Source of the DNA: Escherichia coli
GTDB taxonomy: Bacteria > Pseudomonadota > Gammaproteobacteria > Enterobacterales > Enterobacteriaceae
Assembly (NCBI RefSeq): GCF_048403405.1
Contig: NZ_CP183129.1
Direction: 5' to 3' (one strand)
DNA: 64,000 nt
The notes under the pieces are model-generated. The model worked only from the letters and a program-made list of their open reading frames with translations, was not told the origin of the DNA and did not search any database. This document shows, piece after piece, positions 1-12,562 of this stretch; the stretch's first letter is position 1; every line of letters begins with the position of its first letter. The translations under genes were made by a program, and so were the position numbers.

Positions 1-563
1 CGAATTTGATTGGTCTGACGCGGGTCACAATCATCCCTAATAATGTTCCTCCGCATCGTCCCCAGCCGGAAGCGAACAGCGTACAGCGTAAACACATGCT
101 TGAACTGGCGATTGCCGACAAGCCATTATTTACTCTTGATGAACGCGAGCTAAAGCGCAATGCCCCCTCTTACACTGCGCAAACACTGAAAGAGTGGCGG
201 CAGGAACAAGGGCCGGACGTGCCGCTGGCGTTTATTATAGGTCAGGATTCACTGCTGACCTTTCCGACCTGGTACGAATACGAAACGATACTCGACAATG
301 CACATTTGATCGTCTGTCGGCGTCCAGGTTACCCACTTGAAATGGCGCAACCGCAATACCAGCAATGGCTGGAAGATCATTTGACACATAACCCGGAAGA
401 TCTTCACCTTCAGCCTGCCGGTAAAATTTATCTGGCTGAAACGCCGTGGTTTAACATCTCGGCGACCATTATCCGCGAACGTTTGCAAAACGGTGAATCG
501 TGTGAGGATTTATTGCCGGAACCGGTACTGACTTACATTAACCAACAAGGCTTGTATCGCTGA
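1..563 (+). CDS. nadD: Nicotinate-mononucleotide adenylyltransferase, 5'-truncated by window edge
   Basis: ORF 6..563 translation matches NadD C-terminal region; start lies upstream of window. Confidence 0.85.
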
Positions 564-586
564 TACCTGTCGTTACGGAGGGCATG

Positions 587-1198
587 ATGCGACTGTGGTT
601 AATTCGTCATGGTGAAACGCAAGCGAATATCGATGGTCTGTACAGCGGTCATGCTCCCACACCCCTGACTGCGCGCGGTATTGAGCAAGCGCAAAATCTG
701 CATACGCTGCTACATGGTGTTTCCTTTGACCTGGTTTTATGCAGTGAACTGGAACGTGCACAGCATACCGCGCGACGGGTTCTCAGTGATCGCCAGCTTC
801 CCGTGCAAATCATCCCTGAACTCAACGAAATGTTTTTTGGCGACTGGGAGATGCGACATCATCGCGACCTCATGCAAGAAGATGCCGAAAACTATAGCGC
901 GTGGTGCAATGACTGGCAGCATGCTATCCCCACGAACGGTGAAGGATTTCAGGCATTTTCACAACGAGTGGAACGGTTTATCGCAAGGCTTAGTGAATTT
1001 CAGCACTATCAGAATATTTTAGTCGTCAGCCATCAGGGTGTACTGAGTCTGTTAATCGCCCGTTTAATTGGTATGCCTGCCGAAGCTATGTGGCATTTTC
1101 GCGTTGACCAGGGGTGTTGGAGCGCCATTGATATCAACCAAAAATTCGCGACGCTACGCGTCCTCAATAGCCGTGCCATCGGGGTCGAGAATGCATGA
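587..1198 (+). CDS. cobC: Alpha-ribazole phosphatase / phosphoglycerate-mutase-family phosphatase
   Basis: ORF 584..1198; RHGET histidine-phosphatase motif; second ATG (587) chosen for GGAGGG spacing; 203 aa. Confidence 0.9.
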   Translation: MRLWLIRHGETQANIDGLYSGHAPTPLTARGIEQAQNLHTLLHGVSFDLVLCSELERAQHTARRVLSDRQLPVQIIPELNEMFFGDWEMRHHRDLMQEDAENYSAWCNDWQHAIPTNGEGFQAFSQRVERFIARLSEFQHYQNILVVSHQGVLSLLIARLIGMPAEAMWHFRVDQGCWSAIDINQKFATLRVLNSRAIGVENA

Positions 1199-1439
1199 CT
1201 TTTCTGTTTTTTTACGGGTAAGCCGCAACGACCATTGACAGCCCCGGGCAGGCTGATATTCTCCGCAGCCAGACTTTTTTCGCCAGACACGACTTTGTAG
1301 AAATTGTTTTACAAAAATGGCGATGCAATCTGCGGCGCGGGGTGGGATGATAGCCCACTTTCGAAAGCCGATTCGGCGACAATTGTCCCGAAATCGCCTC
1401 TGGTTCAGGTATACTGACAGACCATTTTTATCTATTTGA

Positions 1440-1775
<336 letters not shown>

Positions 1776-1778
1776 TGC

Positions 1779-2246
1779 GTGAAGCTGCAACTTGTCGCCG
1801 TGGGAACGAAAATGCCGGACTGGGTACAAACTGGTTTTACCGAGTACCTGCGTCGTTTTCCGAAAGATATGCCCTTCGAGCTGATTGAAATTCCGGCCGG
1901 AAAACGCGGCAAGAATGCGGACATCAAGCGCATACTCGACAAAGAGGGTGAGCAGATGTTGGCGGCCGCAGGCAAAAACCGCATTGTCACCCTCGATATT
2001 CCAGGCAAGCCCTGGGATACGCCGCAGTTAGCCGCTGAGCTGGAACGCTGGAAGCTGGATGGTCGCGACGTCAGTCTACTGATTGGCGGGCCTGAAGGGT
2101 TGTCGCCTGCCTGTAAAGCGGCGGCGGAGCAGAGCTGGTCGCTGTCGGCGCTTACCCTCCCCCATCCGTTGGTTCGCGTGCTGGTCGCAGAGAGTCTGTA
2201 CCGGGCGTGGAGCATCACCACCAACCATCCTTATCACCGTGAGTGA
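1779..2246 (+). CDS. rlmH: 23S rRNA m3-pseudouridine1915 methyltransferase
   Basis: 155-aa ORF, GTG start, SPOUT-type sequence; upstream of mrdA. Confidence 0.9.
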
Positions 2247-2276
2247 TAAGGGAGCTTTGAGTAGAAAACGCAGCGG

Positions 2277-4178
2277 ATGAAACTACAGAACTCTTTTCGC
2301 GACTATACGGCAGAGTCCGCGCTGTTTGTGCGCCGGGCGCTGGTCGCCTTTTTGGGGATTTTGCTGCTGACCGGCGTGCTTATCGCCAACCTGTATAATC
2401 TGCAAATTGTTCGCTTTACCGACTACCAGACCCGCTCTAATGAAAACCGCATTAAGCTGGTGCCTATCGCGCCCAGCCGCGGCATTATCTACGACCGTAA
2501 CGGTATCCCTCTGGCCCTCAACCGCACTATCTACCAGATAGAAATGATGCCGGAGAAAGTCGATAACGTGCAGCAAACGCTGGACGCTTTGCGCAGCGTG
2601 GTTGATCTGACCGATGACGATATTGCTGCATTCCGAAAAGAGCGCGCACGTTCACACCGTTTCACCTCCATTCCGGTGAAAACTAACCTGACCGAAGTAC
2701 AAGTAGCTCGCTTTGCCGTCAATCAGTACCGTTTTCCGGGTGTTGAAGTTAAAGGCTATAAACGTCGTTACTATCCTTACGGTTCGGCGTTGACCCACGT
2801 CATCGGCTATGTGTCGAAAATCAACGATAAAGACGTCGAACGCCTGAATAATGACGGCAAACTGGCCAACTATGCGGCAACGCATGATATCGGTAAGCTG
2901 GGCATTGAGCGTTACTATGAAGACGTGCTGCACGGTCAGACCGGTTATGAAGAGGTTGAAGTTAACAACCGTGGGCGTGTTATCCGCCAGTTAAAAGAAG
3001 TCCCACCGCAAGCCGGACACGATATTTACCTGACGCTGGATCTCAAACTCCAGCAATATATTGAAACGCTGCTGGCGGGTAGCCGCGCAGCGGTGGTAGT
3101 CACCGATCCGCGTACAGGTGGGGTGCTGGCGCTGGTTTCCACGCCTAGTTATGACCCAAACCTGTTTGTTGACGGTATCTCCAGCAAAGATTATTCCGCC
3201 TTGCTGAACGACCCGAATACACCGCTGGTGAACCGCGCTACACAGGGGGTTTATCCTCCCGCGTCTACAGTTAAACCCTATGTGGCGGTTTCGGCATTGA
3301 GCGCCGGAGTGATCACGCGCAATACGACGCTGTTTGACCCAGGCTGGTGGCAACTGCCAGGTTCGGAAAAACGTTATCGTGACTGGAAAAAATGGGGCCA
3401 CGGGCGTCTGAATGTCACAAGATCGCTGGAAGAATCTGCGGATACCTTCTTCTATCAGGTGGCCTACGATATGGGAATCGATCGCCTCTCCGAATGGATG
3501 GGTAAATTCGGTTATGGTCATTACACCGGTATCGACCTGGCGGAAGAACGTTCCGGCAACATGCCTACCCGCGAATGGAAACAGAAACGCTTTAAAAAAC
3601 CGTGGTATCAGGGTGACACCATTCCGGTTGGTATCGGTCAGGGTTACTGGACAGCGACCCCAATCCAGATGAGTAAGGCACTGATGATCCTGATTAATGA
3701 CGGTATCGTGAAGGTTCCGCATTTGCTGATGAGCACCGCCGAAGACGGCAAACAGGTGCCATGGGTACAACCGCATGAACCGCCCGTCGGCGATATTCAT
3801 TCCGGTTACTGGGAGCTGGCGAAAGACGGTATGTACGGTGTTGCTAACCGCCCTAACGGTACGGCGCATAAATACTTTGCCAGCGCACCGTACAAAATTG
3901 CGGCGAAATCCGGTACCGCTCAGGTCTTCGGTCTGAAAGCGAACGAAACCTATAATGCGCACAAAATTGCCGAGCGTTTACGTGACCACAAACTGATGAC
4001 CGCCTTTGCGCCATACAACAATCCGCAAGTCGCTGTCGCCATGATTCTGGAGAACGGCGGTGCGGGTCCGGCGGTTGGTACGCTGATGCGCCAGATCCTC
4101 GACCACATTATGCTGGGTGATAACAACACCGATCTGCCTGCGGAAAATCCAGCGGTTGCCGCAGCGGAGGACCATTAA
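2277..4178 (+). CDS. mrdA: Penicillin-binding protein 2 (elongasome transpeptidase)
   Basis: 633-aa ORF; N-terminal TM segment plus transpeptidase domain; followed by rodA. Confidence 0.95.
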   Translation: MKLQNSFRDYTAESALFVRRALVAFLGILLLTGVLIANLYNLQIVRFTDYQTRSNENRIKLVPIAPSRGIIYDRNGIPLALNRTIYQIEMMPEKVDNVQQTLDALRSVVDLTDDDIAAFRKERARSHRFTSIPVKTNLTEVQVARFAVNQYRFPGVEVKGYKRRYYPYGSALTHVIGYVSKINDKDVERLNNDGKLANYAATHDIGKLGIERYYEDVLHGQTGYEEVEVNNRGRVIRQLKEVPPQAGHDIYLTLDLKLQQYIETLLAGSRAAVVVTDPRTGGVLALVSTPSYDPNLFVDGISSKDYSALLNDPNTPLVNRATQGVYPPASTVKPYVAVSALSAGVITRNTTLFDPGWWQLPGSEKRYRDWKKWGHGRLNVTRSLEESADTFFYQVAYDMGIDRLSEWMGKFGYGHYTGIDLAEERSGNMPTREWKQKRFKKPWYQGDTIPVGIGQGYWTATPIQMSKALMILINDGIVKVPHLLMSTAEDGKQVPWVQPHEPPVGDIHSGYWELAKDGMYGVANRPNGTAHKYFASAPYKIAAKSGTAQVFGLKANETYNAHKIAERLRDHKLMTAFAPYNNPQVAVAMILENGGAGPAVGTLMRQILDHIMLGDNNTDLPAENPAVAAAEDH

Positions 4179-4180
4179 TC

Positions 4181-5293
4181 ATGACGGATAATCCGAATAA
4201 AAAAACATTCTGGGATAAAGTCCATCTCGATCCCACAATGCTGCTGATCTTACTGGCATTGCTGGTTTACAGCGCCCTGGTTATCTGGAGCGCCAGCGGT
4301 CAGGATATTGGCATGATGGAGCGTAAAATCGGCCAAATCGCGATGGGTCTGGTCATCATGGTGGTGATGGCGCAAATTCCTCCACGCGTTTATGAAGGCT
4401 GGGCCCCCTATCTCTATATCATCTGTATTATTTTGCTGGTGGCGGTAGATGCTTTCGGTGCCATCTCTAAAGGCGCTCAACGCTGGCTGGACCTCGGTAT
4501 TGTTCGTTTTCAGCCGTCGGAAATTGCCAAAATAGCCGTACCACTGATGGTTGCGCGCTTTATCAACCGCGACGTTTGCCCGCCATCGTTGAAGAACACA
4601 GGCATCGCGCTAGTGCTGATATTTATGCCCACGCTGCTGGTGGCTGCACAGCCTGACCTGGGGACATCAATCCTCGTTGCGCTTTCCGGTCTGTTTGTAC
4701 TGTTCCTCTCTGGCCTTAGCTGGCGTCTGATTGGCGTCGCAGTAGTGCTGGTAGCGGCGTTCATTCCGATTCTGTGGTTCTTCCTGATGCATGATTACCA
4801 GCGCCAGCGCGTAATGATGCTCCTGGACCCGGAATCAGACCCACTCGGCGCGGGCTATCACATTATTCAGTCTAAAATTGCTATTGGCTCCGGCGGATTA
4901 CGCGGCAAAGGCTGGCTGCATGGCACTCAGTCACAACTTGAATTTCTCCCCGAACGCCATACCGACTTTATCTTCGCGGTACTGGCGGAAGAGCTGGGAT
5001 TAGTGGGCATTTTGATTCTGCTCGCTCTCTACATTCTGCTGATCATGCGCGGGCTGTGGATAGCCGCCAGAGCGCAAACCACCTTTGGTCGCGTCATGGC
5101 TGGCGGCTTAATGCTGATATTATTCGTTTATGTCTTCGTAAATATTGGTATGGTAAGCGGTATTCTGCCGGTTGTAGGGGTTCCGCTCCCACTGGTCAGT
5201 TATGGAGGATCGGCGCTAATTGTGCTGATGGCTGGGTTCGGGATTGTAATGTCAATCCACACCCACAGGAAAATGTTGTCGAAAAGCGTGTAA
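4181..5293 (+). CDS. mrdB: Peptidoglycan glycosyltransferase RodA (SEDS family)
   Basis: 370-aa polytopic membrane ORF immediately after mrdA. Confidence 0.95.
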   Translation: MTDNPNKKTFWDKVHLDPTMLLILLALLVYSALVIWSASGQDIGMMERKIGQIAMGLVIMVVMAQIPPRVYEGWAPYLYIICIILLVAVDAFGAISKGAQRWLDLGIVRFQPSEIAKIAVPLMVARFINRDVCPPSLKNTGIALVLIFMPTLLVAAQPDLGTSILVALSGLFVLFLSGLSWRLIGVAVVLVAAFIPILWFFLMHDYQRQRVMMLLDPESDPLGAGYHIIQSKIAIGSGGLRGKGWLHGTQSQLEFLPERHTDFIFAVLAEELGLVGILILLALYILLIMRGLWIAARAQTTFGRVMAGGLMLILFVYVFVNIGMVSGILPVVGVPLPLVSYGGSALIVLMAGFGIVMSIHTHRKMLSKSV

Positions 5294-5303
5294 GAGGTGC
5301 GCA

Positions 5304-6392
5304 ATGCGTAAGCAGTGGCTCGGGATCTGCATCGCGGCAGGAATGCTCGCGGCATGTACAAGCGATGATGGTCAGCAACAGACGGTAAGTGTACCGCAGC
5401 CTGCGGTATGTAACGGCCCCATAGTTGAAATTAGCGGGGCGGACCCGCGTTTCGAACCACTGAACGCGACGGCAAATCAGGATTACCAGCGCGACGGTAA
5501 AAGCTACAAAATCGTGCAGGATCCGTCTCGATTTAGCCAGGCGGGACTGGCGGCAATCTATGATGCCGAACCCGGCAGTAACCTGACGGCCTCTGGCGAA
5601 GCATTCGATCCGACACAGCTGACAGCGGCCCATCCAACGCTTCCGATCCCCAGCTACGCCAGAATCACTAACCTGGCTAACGGGCGAATGATCGTGGTGC
5701 GCATTAATGATCGCGGTCCTTACGGCAACGACCGCGTTATTTCGCTTTCTCGCGCGGCAGCTGACCGTCTTAACACGTCAAACAACACCAAAGTTCGTAT
5801 CGATCCGATTATTGTCGCCCAGGATGGTTCGCTTTCTGGTCCTGGTATGGCCTGTACCACAGTTGCCAAACAGACTTACGCCCTGCCTGCACCTCCCGAT
5901 TTAAGCGGCGGCGCGGGAACAAATTCAGTGTCTGGCCCGCAGGGTGACATTCTTCCGGTCAGTAATTCGACGCTAAAAAGCGAAGATCCGACCGGCGCGC
6001 CGGTAACCAGCAGCGGTTTCCTCGGCGCACCAACGACCTTAGCGCCTGGTGTTCTGGAAGGCAGCGAACCAACACCTGCACCACAGCCCGTTGTTACAGC
6101 TCCGGCGACAACGCCTGCAACCACGCCTGCAATGGTGACACCGCAAGCCACCTCGCAAAGCGCCAGCGGCAACTTTATGGTGCAAGTCGGAGCCGTTAGC
6201 GATCAGGCTCGTGCGCAACAGTACCAACAGCAACTGGGACAGAAGTTCGGCGTCCCCGGTCGCGTAACTCAAAATGGCGCAGTCTGGCGGATCCAGCTTG
6301 GCCCATTCGCCAGCAAAGCCGAAGCCAGTACCTTGCAGCAACGTTTGCAAACCGAAGCCCAATTACAGTCATTTATTACCACCGCGCAGTAG
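5304..6392 (+). CDS. rlpA: Rare lipoprotein A, septal lytic transglycosylase with SPOR domain
   Basis: 362-aa ORF; lipoprotein signal (LAAC), Pro/Thr/Ala-rich linker, C-terminal SPOR-like segment. Confidence 0.9.
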   Translation: MRKQWLGICIAAGMLAACTSDDGQQQTVSVPQPAVCNGPIVEISGADPRFEPLNATANQDYQRDGKSYKIVQDPSRFSQAGLAAIYDAEPGSNLTASGEAFDPTQLTAAHPTLPIPSYARITNLANGRMIVVRINDRGPYGNDRVISLSRAAADRLNTSNNTKVRIDPIIVAQDGSLSGPGMACTTVAKQTYALPAPPDLSGGAGTNSVSGPQGDILPVSNSTLKSEDPTGAPVTSSGFLGAPTTLAPGVLEGSEPTPAPQPVVTAPATTPATTPAMVTPQATSQSASGNFMVQVGAVSDQARAQQYQQQLGQKFGVPGRVTQNGAVWRIQLGPFASKAEASTLQQRLQTEAQLQSFITTAQ

Positions 6393-6531
6393 CGTAAAGC
6401 AGGCATCTGATGTGTCAATTTCTGTAAATGACGTTAACAAAGTCACGCGGAAAGTCAGATGCCTGCCGGTAGTGCATTTGCTATAGTAGGGCACTTTTTT
6501 TAATTCCATCACGGATGTCGTAGTTCAGACC

Positions 6532-7743
6532 ATGAATACCATTTTTTCCGCTCGTATCATGAAGCGCCTGGCGCTCACCACGGCTCTTTGCACAGCCTTT
6601 ATCTCTGCTGCACATGCCGATGACCTGAATATTAAAACTATGATCCCGGGTGTACCGCAGATCGATGCGGAGTCCTACATCCTGATTGACTATAACTCCG
6701 GCAAAGTGCTCGCCGAACAGAACGCAGATGTCCGCCGCGATCCTGCCAGCCTGACCAAAATGATGACCAGTTACGTTATCGGCCAGGCAATGAAAGCCGG
6801 TAAATTTAAAGAAACTGATTTAGTCACCATCGGTAACGACGCATGGGCTACCGGTAACCCGGTGTTTAAAGGTTCTTCGCTGATGTTCCTCAAACCGGGC
6901 ATGCAGGTTCCGGTTTCTCAGCTGATCCGCGGTATTAACCTGCAATCGGGTAACGATGCTTGTGTCGCCATGGCCGATTTTGCCGCTGGTAGCCAGGACG
7001 CTTTTGTTGGCTTGATGAACAGCTACGTTAACGCACTGGGACTGAAAAATACCCACTTCCAGACGGTACATGGTCTGGATGCTGATGGTCAGTACAGCTC
7101 CGCGCGAGATATGGCGCTGATCGGCCAGGCGTTGATCCGTGACGTACCGAATGAATACTCGATCTATAAAGAAAAAGAATTTACGTTTAACGGTATTCGC
7201 CAGCTGAACCGTAACGGTCTGTTATGGGATAACAGCCTGAATGTCGACGGCATCAAAACCGGACACACTGACAAAGCAGGTTACAACCTTGTTGCTTCTG
7301 CGACTGAAGGCCAGATGCGCTTGATCTCTGCGGTGATGGGCGGACGTACTTTTAAAGGCCGTGAAGCCGAAAGTAAAAAACTGCTGACCTGGGGCTTCCG
7401 TTTCTTCGAAACCGTTAACCCACTGAAAGTAGGTAAAGAGTTCGCCTCTGAACCGGTTTGGTTTGGTGATTCTGATCGCGCTTCGTTAGGTGTTGATAAA
7501 GACGTGTATCTGACCATTCCGCGTGGCCGCATGAAAGATCTGAAAGCCAGCTATGTGCTGAACAGCAGTGAATTGCATGCGCCGCTGCAAAAGAATCAGG
7601 TCGTCGGTACTATCAACTTCCAGCTTGATGGCAAAACGATCGAACAACGCCCGCTGGTTGTGCTGCAAGAAATCCCGGAAGGCAACTTCTTCGGCAAAAT
7701 CATTGATTACATTAAATTAATGTTCCATCACTGGTTTGGTTAA
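6532..7743 (+). CDS. dacA: D-alanyl-D-alanine carboxypeptidase PBP5
   Basis: 403-aa ORF with signal peptide and SxxK/SGN/KTG-type PBP motifs. Confidence 0.95.
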
Positions 7744-7852
7744 AAATCGAACACTTGAAAGTGTAATTTCCGTCCCCATATACTAAGCATCAGTAAAAAA
7801 CTCCCGCCTTCTGGCGGGAGTTGCTATTTAATTACGTTACGCCGGAGCTGAC

Positions 7853-8116
7853 ATGAAAACCAAACTTAACGAACTGCTTGAATTCCCTACTCCTTTTACT
7901 TACAAAGTTATGGGGCAGGCGTTACCTGAGCTGGTTGATCAGGTGGTTGAAGTGGTACAGCGCCATGCGCCAGGTGACTACACCCCAACGGTAAAACCAA
8001 GCAGCAAAGGCAACTACCACTCGGTATCTATCACTATCAACGCTACTCATATCGAGCAGGTTGAAACACTGTATGAAGAACTGGGCAAAATCGATATTGT
8101 CCGCATGGTTCTGTAA
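7853..8116 (+). CDS. ybeD: UPF0250 protein YbeD
   Basis: 87-aa ORF in conserved position between dacA and lipB. Confidence 0.85.
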
Positions 8117-8216
8117 CTCGCTTCTCCGTTACCCGGCTCCTGGTCGGGTAACTCCCCTCTCCTCGCTGTGATATACTTTTCCCCCACTTTTACTCATTCT
8201 CCACGGAGATGCCGTT

Positions 8217-8858
8217 TTGTATCAGGATAAAATTCTTGTCCGCCAGCTCGGTCTTCAGCCTTACGAGCCAATCTCCCAGGCTATGCATGAATTCACCGAT
8301 ACCCGCGATGAAAGTACCCTTGATGAAATCTGGCTGGTCGAGCACTATCCGGTATTTACCCAAGGGCAGGCAGGAAAAGCGGAGCACATTTTAATGCCGG
8401 GTGATATTCCGGTGATTCAGAGCGATCGCGGTGGGCAGGTGACTTATCACGGGCCGGGGCAACAGGTGATGTATGTGTTGCTTAACCTGAAACGCCGTAA
8501 ACTCGGTGTGCGTGAACTGGTGACCTTGCTTGAGCAAACAGTGGTGAATACCCTGGCTGAACTGGGTATAGAAGCGCATCCTCGGGCTGACGCGCCTGGT
8601 GTCTATGTCGGGGAAAAGAAAATTTGCTCACTGGGTTTACGTATTCGACGCGGTTGTTCATTCCACGGTCTGGCATTAAACGTCAATATGGATCTTTCAC
8701 CATTTTTACGTATTAATCCTTGTGGGTATGCCGGAATGGAAATGGCTAAAATATCACAATGGAAACCCGAAGCGACGACTAATAATATTGCACCGCGTTT
8801 ACTGGAAAATATTTTAGCGCTACTAAACAATCCTGACTTCGAATATATTACCGCTTAA
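8217..8858 (+). CDS. lipB: Octanoyltransferase (lipoyl(octanoyl) transferase)
   Basis: 213-aa ORF, TTG start; matches LipB. Confidence 0.9.
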   Translation: MYQDKILVRQLGLQPYEPISQAMHEFTDTRDESTLDEIWLVEHYPVFTQGQAGKAEHILMPGDIPVIQSDRGGQVTYHGPGQQVMYVLLNLKRRKLGVRELVTLLEQTVVNTLAELGIEAHPRADAPGVYVGEKKICSLGLRIRRGCSFHGLALNVNMDLSPFLRINPCGYAGMEMAKISQWKPEATTNNIAPRLLENILALLNNPDFEYITA

Positions 8859-9117
8859 TTGCATACATCAATGGCCCAATTTACACTGGGTCATTACTCA
8901 TAATACCTGCTAATGCTTTACATCTCCTTCGCGTTTGTATATTTTCTTTATCACTTGCAGAAATGCGATGCTACGCCTTGCTCCGTAACTCACCCCATTG
9001 ATTAACTTATTGAAATAGTTGATTATGGTGAGCAAAAGCGTTCCGTTCCAATTAGACATAAGATTATTGTAATTTTTTTTAATATTATTTTTCCATGAAT
9101 AAAATTGGAGTAAGTGC

Positions 9118-10071
9118 GTGGATAGTAATAATCAAATTGAAACCTGTTTAAGCAGAAAGTCGTCAGAAGATAAACCACAAATATTTACAACCTTACGAAA
9201 TATTGATCTTAACCTTCTGACTATTTTTGAAGCTGTATATGTACATAAAGGGATCGTTAATGCAGCGAAAGTGCTTAATCTGACACCCTCGGCAATCAGT
9301 CAGTCTATTCAGAAACTGCGCGTTATATTCCCTGACCCATTGTTTATTCGCAAAGGCCAGGGTGTCACTCCTACCGCATTTGCGATGCATCTACATGAGT
9401 ATATCAGTCAGGGCCTTGAGTCCATTCTTGGCGCGCTGGATATCGAAGGAAGCTATGATAAGCAACGAACGATAACCATTGCGACCACCCCCTCGGTCGG
9501 AGCCCTGGTCCTTCCTGTCATCTATCGGGCGATTAAATCTCACTATCCGCAGCTTTTACTGCGCAACCCCCCCATCAGCGACGCGGAAAACCAACTCAGT
9601 CAGTTTCAAACCGATCTCATCATCGATAACATGTTTTGCACCAATCGTACGGTGCAACATCATGTTCTGTTCACCGACAATATGGTGTTAATTTGCCGCG
9701 AGGGAAATCCACTACTCTCTTTAGAAGATGACAGGGAGACTATCGACAACGCTGCGCATATACTCCTGTTACCGGAAGGGCAAAATTTCAGCGGTCTGCG
9801 GCAGAGAGTTCAAGAGATGTTTCCGGACCGGCAAATCAGTTTCACCAGCTACAACATTTTGACAATCGCTGCACTGGTTGCCAACAGTGACATGTTAGCG
9901 ATTATTCCCAGCCGTTTTTATAACCTGTTTAGCCGTTGCTGGCCGCTGGAAAAACTGCCTTTTCCGTCCTTAAATGAGGAGCAAATAGATTTCTCTATCC
10001 ACTACAACAAATTCAGCCTGCGTGATCCCATCCTGCACGGGGTAATAGATGTTATCCGTAATGCATTTTGA
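9118..10071 (+). CDS. ybeF: LysR-family transcriptional regulator
   Basis: 317-aa ORF with N-terminal HTH (LysR type); AT-rich gene and upstream region. Confidence 0.8.
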   Translation: MDSNNQIETCLSRKSSEDKPQIFTTLRNIDLNLLTIFEAVYVHKGIVNAAKVLNLTPSAISQSIQKLRVIFPDPLFIRKGQGVTPTAFAMHLHEYISQGLESILGALDIEGSYDKQRTITIATTPSVGALVLPVIYRAIKSHYPQLLLRNPPISDAENQLSQFQTDLIIDNMFCTNRTVQHHVLFTDNMVLICREGNPLLSLEDDRETIDNAAHILLLPEGQNFSGLRQRVQEMFPDRQISFTSYNILTIAALVANSDMLAIIPSRFYNLFSRCWPLEKLPFPSLNEEQIDFSIHYNKFSLRDPILHGVIDVIRNAF

Positions 10072-10279
10072 AAAAGTATTGTTACAGCCAGATCACAGCG
10101 AAGAACGAAAAAATGGCACAATCCAACAACAATTTTACATTTTCGCGACCGCTTTGGCTGCTTTCAGGTCCGTTTCAATGATATACTGCCAGTCGTTAAT
10201 TCAAAAATAGTTGATAATTACAACAATCTATTGAATTGAAACGCTTTCCTTCGTAATTCGCAACTGGAACACGCACGCT

Positions 10280-11245
10280 ATGAGTAAACCCATTGTGATG
10301 GAACGCGGTGTTAAATACCGCGATGCCGATAAGATGGCCCTTATCCCGGTTAAAAACGTGGCAACAGAGCGCGAAGCCCTGCTGCGCAAGCCGGAATGGA
10401 TGAAAATCAAGCTTCCAGCGGACTCTACACGTATCCAGGGCATCAAAGCCGCAATGCGCAAAAATGGCCTGCATTCTGTCTGCGAGGAAGCCTCCTGCCC
10501 TAACCTGGCGGAATGCTTCAACCACGGCACAGCAACGTTTATGATCCTCGGCGCTATTTGTACCCGCCGTTGTCCGTTCTGTGACGTTGCCCACGGTCGC
10601 CCGGTAGCTCCGGATGCCAATGAACCAGTGAAACTGGCGCAGACCATTGCCGATATGGCGCTGCGTTATGTGGTTATCACCTCCGTTGACCGTGATGACC
10701 TGCGCGATGGCGGTGCCCAACACTTTGCGGATTGCATTACTGCCATTCGGGAAAAAAGCCCGCAAATCAAAATTGAAACTCTGGTGCCGGATTTCCGCGG
10801 TCGTATGGATCGTGCTCTGGATATTCTGACCGCCACACCACCAGATGTATTCAACCATAACCTGGAAAACGTACCGCGTATTTACCGTCAGGTACGGCCT
10901 GGTGCGGATTACAACTGGTCGCTGAAGCTGCTGGAACGCTTTAAAGAAGCGCATCCGGAAATCCCGACCAAGTCTGGTCTGATGGTGGGTCTGGGTGAAA
11001 CCAATGAAGAAATTATTGAGGTAATGCGCGACCTGCGCCGTCATGGTGTGACGATGCTAACGCTGGGGCAATATTTGCAGCCAAGCCGCCATCACCTGCC
11101 GGTTCAACGTTACGTTAGCCCGGATGAGTTCGACGAAATGAAAGCCGAAGCGCTGGCGATGGGCTTTACCCATGCTGCATGCGGTCCGTTTGTCCGCTCG
11201 TCTTACCACGCCGATTTGCAGGCGAAAGGGATGGAAGTTAAGTAA
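10280..11245 (+). CDS. lipA: Lipoyl synthase (radical SAM)
   Basis: 321-aa ORF with CxxxCxxC radical-SAM motif (CTRRCPFC) and second Cys cluster. Confidence 0.95.
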
Positions 11246-11274
11246 TCCTGTAATAATTACTTACATCTATCTGA

Positions 11275-11307
11275 TAAAAAACCCGCTTTTTGAAGCGGGT
11301 TTTTTTG
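11275..11307. terminator. Bidirectional rho-independent terminator between lipA and tatE
   Basis: AAAAAACCCGCTTTTTGAAGCGGGTTTTTTT: GC stem flanked by A-run and T-run. Confidence 0.8.
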
Positions 11308-11346
11308 TATCGAACAAGATATTGAGGGAGCGTCCTGCTCGCCACG

Positions 11347-11550
11347 TCACTCTTTATGAGAGAGCTTTTCAGCCTGAAGATCAACGTCTGCGCCTTTTTT
11401 CGCCGCAGCATCGTCATCATTCATCGCCTTCTTGAACCCTTTAATGGCCGCTCCAAGGTCTCCGCCCAGCGTACGTAACTTCTTAGTCCCAAACAGCAGA
11501 ACGACCAGCGCCGCAACTACCAGCAGTTTGGTAATACTAATCTCACCCAT
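11347..11550 (-). CDS. tatE: Twin-arginine translocase subunit TatE
   Basis: 67-aa ORF, single TM helix plus amphipathic region, TatA/E family. Confidence 0.9.
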   Translation of the reverse strand: MGEISITKLLVVAALVVLLFGTKKLRTLGGDLGAAIKGFKKAMNDDDAAAKKGADVDLQAEKLSHKE

Positions 11551-11678
11551 AGATACCTTCTTGACATATAACCGGCAACAGAACGCGCCTTAAAAACCAG
11601 AGAATATTAACGGTCATTCGACGCGCGCACACAATAGCAATCTGTAACAAGGTGAATCAAGCGCCGAGTAAAAAAACA

Positions 11679-12467
11679 TCATAATAATTGCGGCGGCGCA
11701 AAGCGACGGTTGTTTAAAACGGGAAGTTGCGCGCGCACCTGACGCACACGTTCGGGCGTCACTTCCGCCATAATGAGTGCAGGCATTTCTGACGCTGCCG
11801 CAATGGTGACGCCAAAGGGATCTATAATCCGGCTTTGCCCGATATTTTTGTTCCCGCACTCCCCCGCCGCCACCATATAACAGGTGGTATCCAGCGCACG
11901 AGCGGCAAGCAACGTTGACCAGTGATGCTCTTTGAGCGGCCCACGAACCCAGGCGGCAGGAAGTACCAGGATTTCAGCTCCCTGTAATGCCTGTGCCAGC
12001 GCCAGCTCTGGAAAGCGTAAGTCATAACAGGTCATCAGACCGACCTTCATCCCTTCCACCTCCAGTAACGGAGCTATTTCATTACCAGCATCAACATGGC
12101 GTGATTCCTGAATGGCAAATGCATCATAGAGATGCAGTTTGGCATAACGGGCGACGATGTTTCCTGCCTGTAGCGCCACCAGCATATTCCATGCGCGCCC
12201 CGGCGTTGAAGGAACATGAATCGTCAGAATTGTCGTCATCATGTTACGTTTACTTTCTCGCCGTAAACGTCCGAGGAATTCGCCTTCCAGCAGCTGTGCT
12301 GATTTAACCGATAGATCTGCATCATGATCATCGCGCGCCAGCAATGCTTCCGGCAGGACAAACAGCGATACGTCGTTTTCCGCCGCCTGCGCCATCAACG
12401 AGGCACAAATCTCAGCGTTCTTTTCCCACACAGATGTAACAGCAAACTGTCCTGCGGCAACCAGCAT
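11679..12467 (-). CDS. ybeM: Carbon-nitrogen hydrolase (nitrilase superfamily) protein, apparently intact
   Basis: Uninterrupted frame of about 262 codons; ATG at 12467 with GGAGGAGG upstream (ORF track starts at GTG 12473); CN-hydrolase-like sequence. Confidence 0.75.
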   Translation of the reverse strand: MLVAAGQFAVTSVWEKNAEICASLMAQAAENDVSLFVLPEALLARDDHDADLSVKSAQLLEGEFLGRLRRESKRNMMTTILTIHVPSTPGRAWNMLVALQAGNIVARYAKLHLYDAFAIQESRHVDAGNEIAPLLEVEGMKVGLMTCYDLRFPELALAQALQGAEILVLPAAWVRGPLKEHHWSTLLAARALDTTCYMVAAGECGNKNIGQSRIIDPFGVTIAAASEMPALIMAEVTPERVRQVRAQLPVLNNRRFAPPQLL

Positions 12468-12562
12468 TGCCACCTCCTCCTGTCAGAGTCGTAAAATTCG
12501 CCAACGGCGATTATTCGGCGTTACACTTATCACTCATACAAATCAAATAGCAGGATTTTGCA

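Noticed and set aside
2991-3962. 323-aa ORF antisense to mrdA
   Set aside because: Shadow ORF fully contained within the strongly supported PBP2 gene on the opposite strand; no RBS or independent evidence.
8129-8151. Hairpin GTTACCCGGCTCCTGGTCGGGTAAC after ybeD as a terminator
   Set aside because: No T-run follows and lipB begins about 65 bp downstream; it could equally be an attenuator or an incidental palindrome, so it is not annotated as a feature.
12468-12562. Possible fluoride riboswitch (crcB motif) upstream of crcB
   Set aside because: The leader lacks the conserved fluoride-riboswitch core elements and is short and unstructured; I could not support a riboswitch here by eye.
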